A DNA stretch of 64,000 nt from a cyanobacterium endosymbiont of Rhopalodia gibba (GCA_045159875.1 CP067995.1:192001-256000), one strand, 5' to 3'. Counted from the stretch's first letter, positions 23,139 through 33,489 are shown. Notes: a model not told the origin generated them from the letters alone. Translations and numbers: made by a program.

Positions 23139-24050
23139 TTGTTTTTCTGGTATTTATTAATTATGAGAGTTCGCAATATCTTATTTTTGATTGTTTATGC
23201 GATTGTCTTAATATTGATTAGTCTTTGGATGGGAAAAGTTTCTTATTCTTGGTTTCCTCCCCAAGCTTCGGCAGAATCTTTATTGATTGACGAATTGTTT
23301 GCTTTCCTCGTAACTTTAGCAACTTTTATTTTCTTGGGAATTACCGGAGTAATCATCTACTCCATTGTCTTTCAACGAGCAGCCAAATATGATTATAGTG
23401 ATGGACCTCACATTGAAGGAAACGTCGTCCTAGAAATTGTTTGGACCTCGATCCCCATTCTTCTCGTATTTTGGTTAGCGGGATATAGCTATCAAGTTTA
23501 CGATCAAATGGCTATTCGCGGTTCAATGGAACTGAACTCCTTACCAATTGTTCCTGGACAAACTGCTACTGTTATTCCAGAACCTAGTCAAGCCATTGAA
23601 GTGGTTGCAGAACAGTGGTCTTGGGTATTTCGTTATCCTGAAAAGGATGTAACCAGTACGGAATTGCATCTTCCTGTAAACCAGAAAGTTCGTTTAACAT
23701 TAAAATCAAAAGATGTACTGCATGGCTTATACATTCCAGCTTTTCGAGTTAAGCAAGATATCGTTCCTAACAAAACCACTGACTTTGAATTTACTCCCAT
23801 TAAGGAAGGGAAATATCGCTTAAGAGACTCTCAATTTAGTGGAACTTATTTTGCTACGATGCAAACAGATGTAGTGGTAGAATCCCCTGAAGATTACCAA
23901 AAGTGGTTAGTTGAAGCAGCAGAACGCAAACCGTCTCCCGCCAACAATGTTGCAGCCTCAGAATATGTCCAACAGACAGAAAAAGCATTTAAAACTGGCT
24001 GGCCGACAATTGTTCCAGCAGAACCGCCAGTAGTCAATTATCCTACCTAA
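23139..24050 (+). CDS. ctaC: Heme-copper oxidase subunit II, ARTO type (no CuA site)
   Basis: LEIVWT, QWSWVF, DVLHG; the CuA CxxxCxxxH segment is replaced by DSQFSGTYF; probable start ATG 23163. Confidence 0.92.
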   Translation: MFFWYLLIMRVRNILFLIVYAIVLILISLWMGKVSYSWFPPQASAESLLIDELFAFLVTLATFIFLGITGVIIYSIVFQRAAKYDYSDGPHIEGNVVLEIVWTSIPILLVFWLAGYSYQVYDQMAIRGSMELNSLPIVPGQTATVIPEPSQAIEVVAEQWSWVFRYPEKDVTSTELHLPVNQKVRLTLKSKDVLHGLYIPAFRVKQDIVPNKTTDFEFTPIKEGKYRLRDSQFSGTYFATMQTDVVVESPEDYQKWLVEAAERKPSPANNVAASEYVQQTEKAFKTGWPTIVPAEPPVVNYPT

Positions 24051-24174
24051 TCTGGATTCGGGGTTTGTAGTTAGAAATATACTCTCGATACTTTACTTTT
24101 TTCCTCTTATCGAGTATTTGTAACCAGCATCATAATGATGATAATTAGCCGCATTCAATGTCAGGACAAAATAC

Positions 24175-25854
24175 ATGACAGACCGCCAAATTAAAGACGC
24201 AAACATTGTTACAGAAAGCTCCCCCGACCTCTCTGCGAGAAATTGGAGAAGATATTTTAGCTTTAGTACAGATCATAAAGTCATTGGAATTCAATACCTA
24301 GTTACTTCTTTTCTTTTCTTCCTTATTGGTGGAATCTTCGCCATGGTCATTAGGGGAGAATTAATTACCCCAGAAGCAGATTTAGTTGATCGCACTTTTT
24401 ACAACGGAATGTTCACCATGCATGGCACTATCATGCTATTTTTGTGGACATTTCCCTCATTGGTCGGGTTAGCCAACTATTTGGTTCCTATTATGATAGG
24501 AGCAAAAGACATGGCTTTTCCTCGTCTCAATGCGGCCGCCTTTTGGATGGTCCCCGTGGTGGGAATATTAATGTTAGCCAGCTTTTTTGTTCCTAGTGGA
24601 TCAGCCCAAGCAGGTTGGTGGTCTTACCCTCCGGTTAGTGTTCAAAACCCCACGGGACAGTTGATTACAGGACAGGTTCTTTGGTTGTTGGCAGTGGCTA
24701 TTTCTGGAATCTCCTCGATTATGGGGGCAGTCAATTTTGTAACTACTGTGGTCAAAATGCGCGCGCCTGGAATGACCTTTTTTCGGATGCCAATTTTTGT
24801 TTGGGCAGTTTTTAGCGCGCAAATTATTCAATTATTTGGCTTACCGGCTCTCACCGCAGGGGCAGTGATGTTGTTATTTGATGTCACCGTAGGGACCAGC
24901 TTTTTTGACCCCTCTCGAGGAGGAAACCCTATCTTATTTCAACACTTTTTCTGGTTTTATTCCCACCCGGCGGTCTATGTAATTATTCTGCCCATTTTTG
25001 GTATCTTCTCAGAAATTTTCCCAGTTTATTCCCGTAAACCTTTGTTTGGGTATAAAATTGTTGCAATTTCTTCGTTACTCATTGCTGGGGTTAGTGGATT
25101 AGTTTGGGTACACCATATGTACGTTAGTGAAACACCAGGTTGGATGCGGATGGTGTTTATGCTGTCTACCATGTGTGTGTCAGTTCCCACCGGAATTAAG
25201 GTGTTTGCTTGGGTGGGTACTATCTGGGGAGGAAAATTACGCCTCAAAACCCCTATGTTATTCGCTTTGGGGGCGTTAGTTATGTTTATTTTTGCAGGCT
25301 TAACGGGTATTATGTTGTCAGCAGTCCCCGTGGATATTCATGTAAATAACACTTATTTTGTTGTAGGACATTTCCATTATGTTCTCTATGGAACAGTCAC
25401 AATGGGAATGTATGCCGCTATTTATCATTGGTTTCCTAAAATGACAGGGAGAATGTATCGTGAAAGTTGGGGTCAAGTCCACTTCTGGTTAGCTTTTATT
25501 GGTACGAATTTAAACTTTTTACCTATGCACCCTTTGGGGTTACAAGGAATGTTACGTCGGGTATCTTCTTATGACCCTGAGTACACCTTTTGGAATGTGG
25601 TAGCGAGTCTTGGGGCATTTTTATTAGGAATGTCTACATTGCCTTTTATTGTCAATATGGTTAGTTCTTGGATACAAGGACCGATCACCTCGAATAATCC
25701 TTGGCGTGCTATTGGGTTAGAATGGATTATTTCCTCTCCCCCTAGTATAGAAAATTTCGAAGAGCTTCCTGTGATTGTTTCTGGTCCCTATGGTTATGGT
25801 AAGTCAGATCCATTAGTTGCTAATGAGGAAGCAATCATAGGACGTAGTAAATAG
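24175..25854 (+). CDS. ctaD: Heme-copper oxidase subunit I (ARTO)
   Basis: TDHKVIG, FTMHG, WFYSHPAVY, WVHHM, GHFHYV; all six heme/CuB His motifs present. Confidence 0.96.
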   Translation: MTDRQIKDANIVTESSPDLSARNWRRYFSFSTDHKVIGIQYLVTSFLFFLIGGIFAMVIRGELITPEADLVDRTFYNGMFTMHGTIMLFLWTFPSLVGLANYLVPIMIGAKDMAFPRLNAAAFWMVPVVGILMLASFFVPSGSAQAGWWSYPPVSVQNPTGQLITGQVLWLLAVAISGISSIMGAVNFVTTVVKMRAPGMTFFRMPIFVWAVFSAQIIQLFGLPALTAGAVMLLFDVTVGTSFFDPSRGGNPILFQHFFWFYSHPAVYVIILPIFGIFSEIFPVYSRKPLFGYKIVAISSLLIAGVSGLVWVHHMYVSETPGWMRMVFMLSTMCVSVPTGIKVFAWVGTIWGGKLRLKTPMLFALGALVMFIFAGLTGIMLSAVPVDIHVNNTYFVVGHFHYVLYGTVTMGMYAAIYHWFPKMTGRMYRESWGQVHFWLAFIGTNLNFLPMHPLGLQGMLRRVSSYDPEYTFWNVVASLGAFLLGMSTLPFIVNMVSSWIQGPITSNNPWRAIGLEWIISSPPSIENFEELPVIVSGPYGYGKSDPLVANEEAIIGRSK

Positions 25855-25912
25855 TTAACATTTAATAGTTTTTAATTGTTTCTATTAGTTTTTTATTCCC
25901 TGATTTGAGAAT

Positions 25913-26527
25913 TTGGAGAGTACAATGGATAGTTCAGTTTCTTCAGAACAATTGCATGGGGCAATAGGAGAACATGAACACGATACAGAAGGCAATAGTC
26001 TCTTTGCCTTTGTTGTGTTTCTTCTATCAGAGAGTATTATTTTTCTTAGCTTTTTTGTCGGATATTGTGTCTACAAAACTACTGCGGTTGACTGGCTGCC
26101 GGCAGGAGTGACAGGCCTAGAGATTAAAGAACCTGCTATTAATACAGCGATTTTGGTGTCTAGTAGTTTCGTTATCTATCTTGCTGAAAAGTGTTTAGAA
26201 AACAGTCGATTTTGGGCTTTTCGGTTTTTTCTGTTAATGACTATAGCCATGGGAAGCTACTTTTTGATTGGACAAGCGCTTGAATGGAGTAATCTAGAAT
26301 TCCAGTTCACTTCTGGCGTATTTGGGGGAATGTTTTATCTCCTAACAGGGTTTCATGGGTTGCACGTTCTCACAGGTGTTATTTTACAAACTTTGATGTT
26401 AGGTCGTTCCTTTTTCCCAAAGAATTACGAAGGGGGACATTTTGGCGTTATGGCAACCTCTTTGTTTTGGCACTTTGTTGATGTTATTTGGATTATTTTA
26501 TTTATCTTAATTTATCTATGGCAATAG
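25913..26527 (+). CDS. ctaE: Heme-copper oxidase subunit III
   Basis: FLLSESIIF, LTGFHGLHV, WHFVDVIW. Confidence 0.95.
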   Translation: MESTMDSSVSSEQLHGAIGEHEHDTEGNSLFAFVVFLLSESIIFLSFFVGYCVYKTTAVDWLPAGVTGLEIKEPAINTAILVSSSFVIYLAEKCLENSRFWAFRFFLLMTIAMGSYFLIGQALEWSNLEFQFTSGVFGGMFYLLTGFHGLHVLTGVILQTLMLGRSFFPKNYEGGHFGVMATSLFWHFVDVIWIILFILIYLWQ

Positions 26528-26564
26528 GTAATAGGTAATAGGTAATAAGTAATAGGTAATAGAT
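26523..26564 (+). repeat. Heptamer tandem repeat (AATAGGT)x6, STRR type
   Basis: AATAGGT AATAGGT AATAGGT AATAAGT AATAGGT AATAGAT, overlapping the ctaE stop and filling most of the gap to the GMC gene. Confidence 0.85.
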
Positions 26565-26580
26565 AAGTAGAGAGGCAATT

Positions 26581-28098
26581 ATGATTATTGATGATCAACA
26601 TTATGATGTAATTATTGTTGGTACGGGGGCAGGAGGAGGAACTTTAGCTAATAAACTAGCCCCTACAGGTAAAAGAATTTTAATTCTAGAAAGGGGAGAC
26701 TTTATGCCCCTAGAGGAACAAAATAGAGCTAACGTTGATATTTTTAAAAAAGAACGTTATCGAGCGCCAGAACGATGGTATAACAAGGATGGAGAGACAT
26801 TTTCTCCTCAGACAAATTATGCCGTTGGTGGAAATACAAAGATCTACGGAGCGGCATTAGTTAGAATGCGGGAAAAAGACTTTGAAGATGTGGAACATCA
26901 AGAAGGAATTTCACCCGCTTGGGGGCTAAAATATAGTGACTTTGAACCCTATTATACCGAAGCAGAAAAACTTTACATGGTTCATGGCCGAACAGGAGAT
27001 GATCCTACTGAACCTTTTCGTAGTTCAGATTATCCTTTACCCCCGATAGAAAACGAACCCCAAATTCAAAAGATTGTTGATGCAATCACCCAACAAGGGT
27101 TACATCCCACGACATTACCTCTGAGTTTAACTCCCACAGAAGATGATCCTACGGGAGACTCGGAAGTCTTTGGTATTGTGCCGGCATTGAAACATTCCAA
27201 TGTGACCCTTAAAACCTCAGCTAAGGTGGTCTGTTTACTTACTAATTCCTCAGGAGAAGCAGTTAGAGCAGTAGAAGCTAAAATTTGCGGTCAATCTTAC
27301 CTATTTTTTGGAGATATAATCGTTTTAGCGTGCGGTGCTATCAATTCATCTGCTTTACTATTACGTTCTGCTAATCATAAGCATCCTAACGGATTGGGGA
27401 ATAGTTCTGATCAGGTGGGGCGTAATTTGATGAAACATCATCAAACCGCGATAGTAGAATTAAGTGCCAAGTCAAATTCGGGAAAATTTCTCAGAACAGT
27501 TAGTATCAATGACTTTTACTGGGGTGACGAAAATTTCCCTTACCCAATGGGTCATATTGAGAATACAGGAGGACTGCTTCAAGATATTATTTTCGCCGAA
27601 TCTCCTCCCATTTTATCTGTTTTAGCGAAAGGTATGCCTGGGTTTGGACTTAAACAGTTAGCGAAACGATCTATCGGTTGGTGGATGTATACGGAAACCT
27701 TGCCTGAGCCAAATAATCGTGTAAGAGTCAGCGGGGATAGGCTATATGTTGAATACACCCCGAATAATATTGAGGCGCATGATCGCCTAATTTATCGCTG
27801 GATAGATGTATTAAAAAAGGGAGAAAATAAGCTGGGAAATTCTGTTTTTGAGAAGCTAGCAGTTTACCCCCGTGGGGAAGTGACTATACAGGCAGTTGCT
27901 AACCAATGTGGTACTTGTCGCTTTGGGGAAGATCCGGCTCATTCTGTTCTTAACTTCAATTGTCGTGCTCATGAGCTTGAAAATCTTTATATTGTTGATA
28001 GTAGTTTCTTTCCATCAAGTTCAGGGGTTCCCCCGGCATTAACAATTATTGCTAATGCGTTGCGGGTAGGCGATCATCTGATAGAGAGGTTTGAGTGA
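26581..28098 (+). CDS. GMC-family FAD oxidoreductase (atypical active site)
   Basis: GTGAGG FAD motif, VGGNTKIYG, GAINSSALLLRS, VGRNLM, NQCGTCRFG, NLYIVDSSFFPS. Confidence 0.9.
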   Translation: MIIDDQHYDVIIVGTGAGGGTLANKLAPTGKRILILERGDFMPLEEQNRANVDIFKKERYRAPERWYNKDGETFSPQTNYAVGGNTKIYGAALVRMREKDFEDVEHQEGISPAWGLKYSDFEPYYTEAEKLYMVHGRTGDDPTEPFRSSDYPLPPIENEPQIQKIVDAITQQGLHPTTLPLSLTPTEDDPTGDSEVFGIVPALKHSNVTLKTSAKVVCLLTNSSGEAVRAVEAKICGQSYLFFGDIIVLACGAINSSALLLRSANHKHPNGLGNSSDQVGRNLMKHHQTAIVELSAKSNSGKFLRTVSINDFYWGDENFPYPMGHIENTGGLLQDIIFAESPPILSVLAKGMPGFGLKQLAKRSIGWWMYTETLPEPNNRVRVSGDRLYVEYTPNNIEAHDRLIYRWIDVLKKGENKLGNSVFEKLAVYPRGEVTIQAVANQCGTCRFGEDPAHSVLNFNCRAHELENLYIVDSSFFPSSSGVPPALTIIANALRVGDHLIERFE

Positions 28099-28384
28099 AA
28101 AAACGGAAGTTAGAAGTAAATATTGCCCATAAAGTAGTTTTAAAGTGGGGATGAAGACAAATATTCTTTTAATCCCCATCTGGAGAAGCAAAAAAAATAT
28201 AACTTCAAGCTTTGTTATTATTTTTATTGGACTAAATTGTTTATAAACAATACGATTATACGTTGATTTATACGCAAACAGCGCAAGACTGTTTCTAAAA
28301 TAAAAATAATGAAACAGTTACATACGAACATAAAACATTAGGCTTTTAGAGGACTTAGAAAAATTATTCTATGAGCTGAGAATA

Positions 28385-28418
28385 TTACTCTAAAGAACTT
28401 AAAAGTTCTTTAGAGTAA
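28385..28418. repeat. Perfect palindrome with 16-bp arms
   Basis: TTACTCTAAAGAACTT-AA-AAGTTCTTTAGAGTAA. Confidence 0.9.
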
Positions 28419-28889
28419 CTTTATTTCTTCTTAATCTTATCTACTGAGTATGATTGGGTTGACATTTAATAATTTCTAAACCCTTTGTTCTGAGTGTATT
28501 CTTTAACTCTAAGAAATTTAATCTCTATAAAAATCAAGTTTTTTGATATTAGAAATCTTATGGAGTAAGATTTTCAGTTTTTATTTATTATGATTTTGTA
28601 ACAGCTACTATAAAAGATCCTTAATTGTTTTAGCTATTTTAATATATTTCAAAGTCTAAGCTGCTCTCCTACAATGGATTCTAGTCTATGACTATCTACT
28701 ATTAACGAGTTTTCTTTATGTAAAAATATTGACAGAAGTAAAAGTATCTAAAATACTAACAGATAACTTTAATAATTGTCAAATATTTAGTTTAAAGACT
28801 TTTGAAATTACAGATTTTGGTGATTATAATCATAGTGGCTTTAGAATGAATATTTTTTTGTTATACCAAATTTATAATTTAGAATTAAC

Positions 28890-29640
28890 AAATAAAATGC
28901 TAAGTCAATAAACCCTAGTCTTTTAAAATCAACGAAATTTCTAAATTTATAAGTTCTTATTTTAATAAACTTCGTTTTTCTATGAATACCTTCTACTATT
29001 CTTTAATTTCTTTTGATCAAAATAGGTAATAATTTATCGAAAACCTATTTAATTTTCCCACAGCTTTTTTATAAACAAAATAATTTGCACATTCTTAAAA
29101 AGACTGGTTAGGTTTTATACACTTAGTCTAATTGAACTTTTTGATTAAAATTTTTAAGCTCTTTAGCTTTTCGTTAAAGTTTTTTAAATCAGATAATTCA
29201 TTATTTATATAAATCTATTAAGACTAAATAATAACTTGCTTGTCTTTTGATGACAGCAGTCTTATCAATCATTAAGCGTTTTGATTTATATTTTTTTATC
29301 GGCAATGCTTGACTTAAATCTTTGATCATTGTTTCTATTTATTTTTCAATCAATTTATGTATTTTGTACATATTATTTGTGTTACTATTTAAGATTCATT
29401 TAAAAACTTTTATTTTAATTTTTTATATATTGATAATATTTTATTTGACTACGACATATCTTAAAAAACAAGAATTTCTCTGCCTGGACAAAATCTCTTA
29501 TAAGTCAATTTATGATATAAATAAATTTTTTTATAAGAGAACTATGATAAATACAGATTGCTATAGAGTCTATTTTCTCGAAAAGTAAGCCTATTTTTAT
29601 TTTGTATAAAATATAATAATTGGTAATAAAAAAATTTTTA
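28890..29640 (-). mobile_element. ISL3-family transposase remnant, copy 2
   Basis: Minus strand reads SKRLMIDKTAVIKRQASYYLVLIDL, IITYFDQ and IVEGIHRKTKFIKIRTYKFRNFVDF. Confidence 0.7.
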
Positions 29641-30352
29641 AATTTGGAATAACATTCATTTAACTAAGTTTAATATCTAACACTTGAGATATAAATAAAG
29701 TGAAATCTTTAGTTAAGCATAATTTAATCGAAGAACAAAATTTACTAGAATACTGTCCTTATAATAATTAAGGCTTTTGATAAGCTTACTCTTGACAATC
29801 AAATTGTGTATTCACGTCTTTGATTTCTACATAGCAGGTTTGGCAGAACTATTCAATTATTTTTTACTCCTGACCGGTCAGAAATTTTAATCAATTTATA
29901 GTCAGAAAATATGGGGCGATATTTACCAATTTTTTTAGTCCTGCACGAGCTTCTATTAAATTAGAGTTAATCAAAGCTAAAAATTTGAATAATGTTTTCT
30001 ATCAAATCTAAAGAGGATTAGATTTCAAGGTTGATCATGACTTTATTTAAGAGTATTAAACTAAAATTTATACCCTTTATTTATTCAGAGATTTAGCTAT
30101 TATTGAACAATCTCGAATTAGTCCAATGTTATAGTGATCGCTTTATCCATTCTGGATGGAATATATTTTTTGACAAAATTTGCTAATGCGTAACTATTAA
30201 TTACGACTTTAACCCTGATTATTAATTATCAATTGAGTATTAGATGATCAACCTTAATATTGGGTACGGAAATTTTCCCTTGATTAATCTAGCCAGTTTA
30301 GGTAAAGCTATGATTAAGTCAATCAGATTAAGCAAATTTTAGGTCAACAACT

Positions 30353-30643
30353 ATGAAATATATAGTTCAAGGTTTCTATAACTGGTATCAAAATGCAATG
30401 AAACGTCCTCAGTCTCGCCGGCTTATTATTCTCGGAACTCTCATTTATCTATTAAGTCCTATTGATATTTCACCAGATTTAATCCCTATTTTAGGATGGA
30501 TTGATGATGGCTTATTGATATTTCTATTAGTGAATGAACTTTCTAGCTTATTTTGGAGATACGGTCAAAAACGTCATAATGATCAAACTGTTCATGACAA
30601 TTCTTCCTGCGTAACCACCATCGATGTTGACGTCATTCAGTGA
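30353..30643 (+). CDS. YkvA/DUF1232 family small membrane protein
   Basis: YLLSPIDISPDLIPILGWIDD. Confidence 0.9.
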   Translation: MKYIVQGFYNWYQNAMKRPQSRRLIILGTLIYLLSPIDISPDLIPILGWIDDGLLIFLLVNELSSLFWRYGQKRHNDQTVHDNSSCVTTIDVDVIQ

Positions 30644-30750
30644 GTTATCTACTTTCTCTATAAAAATAAAGAGACAATATTGGTTTCTTAGTTTGATCCT
30701 TCTGTACTATTATCGATGGTATCTTGAACGTAGTTTGATAAGGAAAAAGG

Positions 30751-32022
30751 GTGAAAGTTTTAGTTATTGGTAATGGAGGGCGCGAACACGCCTTAGCATG
30801 GAAACTGTTACAGTCTCCTCGAGTTGAACGGTGTTGGTGTGTTCCAGGAAATGGGGGAACCGCCTTATTAGAAAGGTGTGAAAATATCCCCTTAGCCGTA
30901 GAGAATATTGACGAGATTGCCCAAGTTGCCTGTCAAAATCAAATTGATCTGGTGGTAGTCGGACCAGAAGTCATCCTATCGTTGGGAATTAGCGATCTCC
31001 TTCAACAAAAAGGTATCCCTGTTTTTGGTCCTACCCGACTCGGAGCAAAAATTGAGTCAAGTAAGTCCTGGGCAAAAACTCTCATGGCTGAAGCGGGAGT
31101 TCCTATCGCCCAAGGAAAAACTTTTACTAATGCAGCCGCGGCTAAAGCTTATATTAATCAACAAGGAACCCCCATTGTCGTTAAAGCTGATGGATTGGCA
31201 GCTGGAAAAGGGGTTATTGTCGCCCAAACAGTCCCAGAAGCCTATGCTGCAGTTGATGACCTGTTTAAAACGGGATTTTCTCTGATTGTGGTAGAAGAAT
31301 GTTTAATCGGAGAAGAAGTCTCTATATTAGCCCTAACTGATGGAATAACAGTTCGTTCCCTGCTACCTGCCCAGGACCACAAGCGCATTGGAGAAGGGGA
31401 TATAGGACTTAATACAGGGGGAATGGGGGCTTATTGTCCAGCCCCAATCGCTACATCAGACTTATTACAACGGATCGATAAGGAAATTTTGCAGCCCACT
31501 GTAAACGCTTTACGCGACCGTGGGATAGACTATCGAGGTGTCTTGTATGCAGGGTTAATGGTATCGCCTCAAGGAGAACCCAAAGTATTAGAGTATAATT
31601 GTCGTTTTGGTGATCCTGAAACCCAAGCAGTGTTACCCTTGTTGGAAACTCCTTTAGACCAAGTGATTTTAGCTTGTGTGCAACAGCGTTTAGAAGAGTT
31701 ACCCCCCCTACGTTGGCATTCAGGAACGGCTGTTTGCGTAGTGGCAGTTTCTGGGGGGTATCCTGGAAAGTATGAGAAAGGGAAACTAATTACAGGTATT
31801 CAAGAAGCGGAGGCGATGGGAGTGACAGTGTTCCAAGCAGGAACGGCATTAGAAGGAGATCGCCTAATCACAGATGGAGGAAGAGTTTTGGGGGTGACAG
31901 CGATCAGACAAAATCTTAGTGAGGCTATTATTGAAGTTTATCAAGGGGTTGATTGTATTGACTTTGAAGGAAAATATTATCGTCGAGATATTGGACATCG
32001 GGCGCGATCTAGAAAAGGCTAA
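30751..32022 (+). CDS. purD: Phosphoribosylamine--glycine ligase
   Basis: GNGGREHALAW, KADGLAAGKGV, QDHKR, NTGGMGAY, EYNCRFGDPETQ. Confidence 0.97.
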   Translation: MKVLVIGNGGREHALAWKLLQSPRVERCWCVPGNGGTALLERCENIPLAVENIDEIAQVACQNQIDLVVVGPEVILSLGISDLLQQKGIPVFGPTRLGAKIESSKSWAKTLMAEAGVPIAQGKTFTNAAAAKAYINQQGTPIVVKADGLAAGKGVIVAQTVPEAYAAVDDLFKTGFSLIVVEECLIGEEVSILALTDGITVRSLLPAQDHKRIGEGDIGLNTGGMGAYCPAPIATSDLLQRIDKEILQPTVNALRDRGIDYRGVLYAGLMVSPQGEPKVLEYNCRFGDPETQAVLPLLETPLDQVILACVQQRLEELPPLRWHSGTAVCVVAVSGGYPGKYEKGKLITGIQEAEAMGVTVFQAGTALEGDRLITDGGRVLGVTAIRQNLSEAIIEVYQGVDCIDFEGKYYRRDIGHRARSRKG

Positions 32023-32108
32023 AATTGCTCCAACTTTAAAATTGAAATTTTGTGCTATGGGGTAGATATAGAAATACAGATTAAGAGAAGATTAACTAAA
32101 AGTTTTAT

Positions 32109-32145
32109 GGGTTATAGCTTAGAGTTATCTAGTTAGCTATAACCC
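32109..32145. terminator. Inverted repeat between convergent purD and cofH
   Basis: GGGTTATAGCT ... AGCTATAACCC (11-bp arms). Confidence 0.5.
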
Positions 32146-32199
32146 CAGGGGCATCTTACACAGTGACGCTTTTAGCAGTTTTAACCAGTGTAGACTATA

Positions 32200-32315
32200 A
32201 AGATTATGCTACAGTAATGGGGAAAAGGCGGAACTAAACCTTGAAACCCCTATACTATAGGTTTTCTGAATCTCCGCAATTTCAACCGCTGTTAATTCCT
32301 ATTAGGGATTGATCA
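32200..32315 (+). CRISPR. Relic CRISPR leader plus one degenerate repeat (no array, no cas genes in window)
   Basis: 32279-32315 ATTTCAACCGCTGTTAATTCCTATTAGGGATTGATCA resembles the 37-nt cyanobacterial type I-D repeat ending AATCCCTATTAGGGATTGAAAC; preceded by leader-like GAACTAAACCTTGAAA...CCGCA. Confidence 0.6.
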
Positions 32316-33452
32316 AGGGACTGAGTATATAGTATCTCTTTGTTGATAGGGACGGTGAATAGATTGGATCGCCTTCTGTAAGATTTCAACTTCCATGTAA
32401 GTTCCCCCTTTTGCTCCTGCCATCGTGGTAATACTTTCTTCCATTAATGTTCCTCCAATGTCATTACAGCCCCATTGCAAAGCTTTTAATGCCCCATTTA
32501 GCCCCAATTTAACCCAACTGGGTTGATGGTTAGAGATCCAGTTTCCTAACATAATTCTTGCTACCGCTGTTAACAATAAATTATCTTCCAATATAGGTTG
32601 ATCTCTCCCCACCCTTTTTTTTAGAGATTTAGGGGCTTCTTTTCCAACAAAGGGTAATAAAATAAACTCTGTAATTCTGGCAGGATAACTCTTTTCGATA
32701 GCTATTTTTTGAAGGTTTCTTAAATGAATTAAATGTTGTATTTGTTGTTGCGGGGTTTCAATGTGACCAGATAACATGGTACTCGTAGTAGGAACTCCTA
32801 AACGATGGGCAATGCTTACAATTTCTAACCAAGTTTGTGTATTGATCTTTTCAGGGCAAATAACACGCCTTACGTTATCATCCAAGACTTCGGCTGCAGT
32901 TCCTGGCATAGAGCCTAAGCCTGCATCCCGCAGGGCAATAATGACATCACTGTAACTAATGTCATCTTCTCTAGCAATAAATTGGATTTCTTGGGGAGAA
33001 AAGGCGTGTAAATGAAGTTGGGGGAATTCTCGTTTTAACGTGTTCACTAATTTTAAATAATAATCAAGGGAAGTTTTATTTAATTTAGCTTGGGGATGTA
33101 ACCCTCCCTGTATACAGATCTCTGTCGCTTGTTTTTTGACAGCATAGGCAGCTTTTTCAAGAATTTGGTCTGTTCTTAGCCAGAATGCCCCCTTTTGTCC
33201 TGCATCCCGTCGAAAGGCACAAAAATTACAATGTTGTTCACAAATATTAGTAAAGTTAATATTACAATTTATCACGTAAGTAACAATATCTCCTACTTGT
33301 TGTCGACGCAGTTTATCGGCTGTTTCTCTGATAGTATTAACTGACGCTTTCTCTATTTGAGTTAATAAGATAATTCCTTCTTCTGGCAATAAATCAATCC
33401 CTTCTGTAGCTTTATCTAAAATAGTATCTATAGATTTTTTTTTATAAATCAT
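32313..33452 (-). CDS. cofH: FO synthase subunit CofH (radical SAM)
   Basis: [54 protein letters not shown]. Confidence 0.9.
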   Translation of the reverse strand: MIYKKKSIDTILDKATEGIDLLPEEGIILLTQIEKASVNTIRETADKLRRQQVGDIVTYVINCNINFTNICEQHCNFCAFRRDAGQKGAFWLRTDQILEKAAYAVKKQATEICIQGGLHPQAKLNKTSLDYYLKLVNTLKREFPQLHLHAFSPQEIQFIAREDDISYSDVIIALRDAGLGSMPGTAAEVLDDNVRRVICPEKINTQTWLEIVSIAHRLGVPTTSTMLSGHIETPQQQIQHLIHLRNLQKIAIEKSYPARITEFILLPFVGKEAPKSLKKRVGRDQPILEDNLLLTAVARIMLGNWISNHQPSWVKLGLNGALKALQWGCNDIGGTLMEESITTMAGAKGGTYMEVEILQKAIQSIHRPYQQRDTIYSVP

Positions 33453-33489
33453 ACTTATTTAATCAGTTTAAATTCAATCGTAATTAAAA

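Noticed and set aside
23139..26527. Calling the oxidase a standard aa3 cytochrome c oxidase
   Set aside because: Subunit II lacks the CuA Cys/His ligands, which fits the ARTO type
28120..28185. Possible IS200/IS605 end (TGGGGAT...ATCCCCA hairpin)
   Set aside because: Short imperfect match with no tnpA or tnpB remnant nearby
29322..29588. 88-aa hydrophobic ORF
   Set aside because: Antisense to the ISL3 remnant; hydrophobicity reflects T-rich sequence
32200..32315. Functional CRISPR array
   Set aside because: Only one degenerate repeat, no spacers and no cas genes in the window; reported as a relic
32313..33452. MqnC/MqnE assignment for the radical SAM protein
   Set aside because: Cyanobacterial context and the [18 protein letters not shown] motifs fit CofH better
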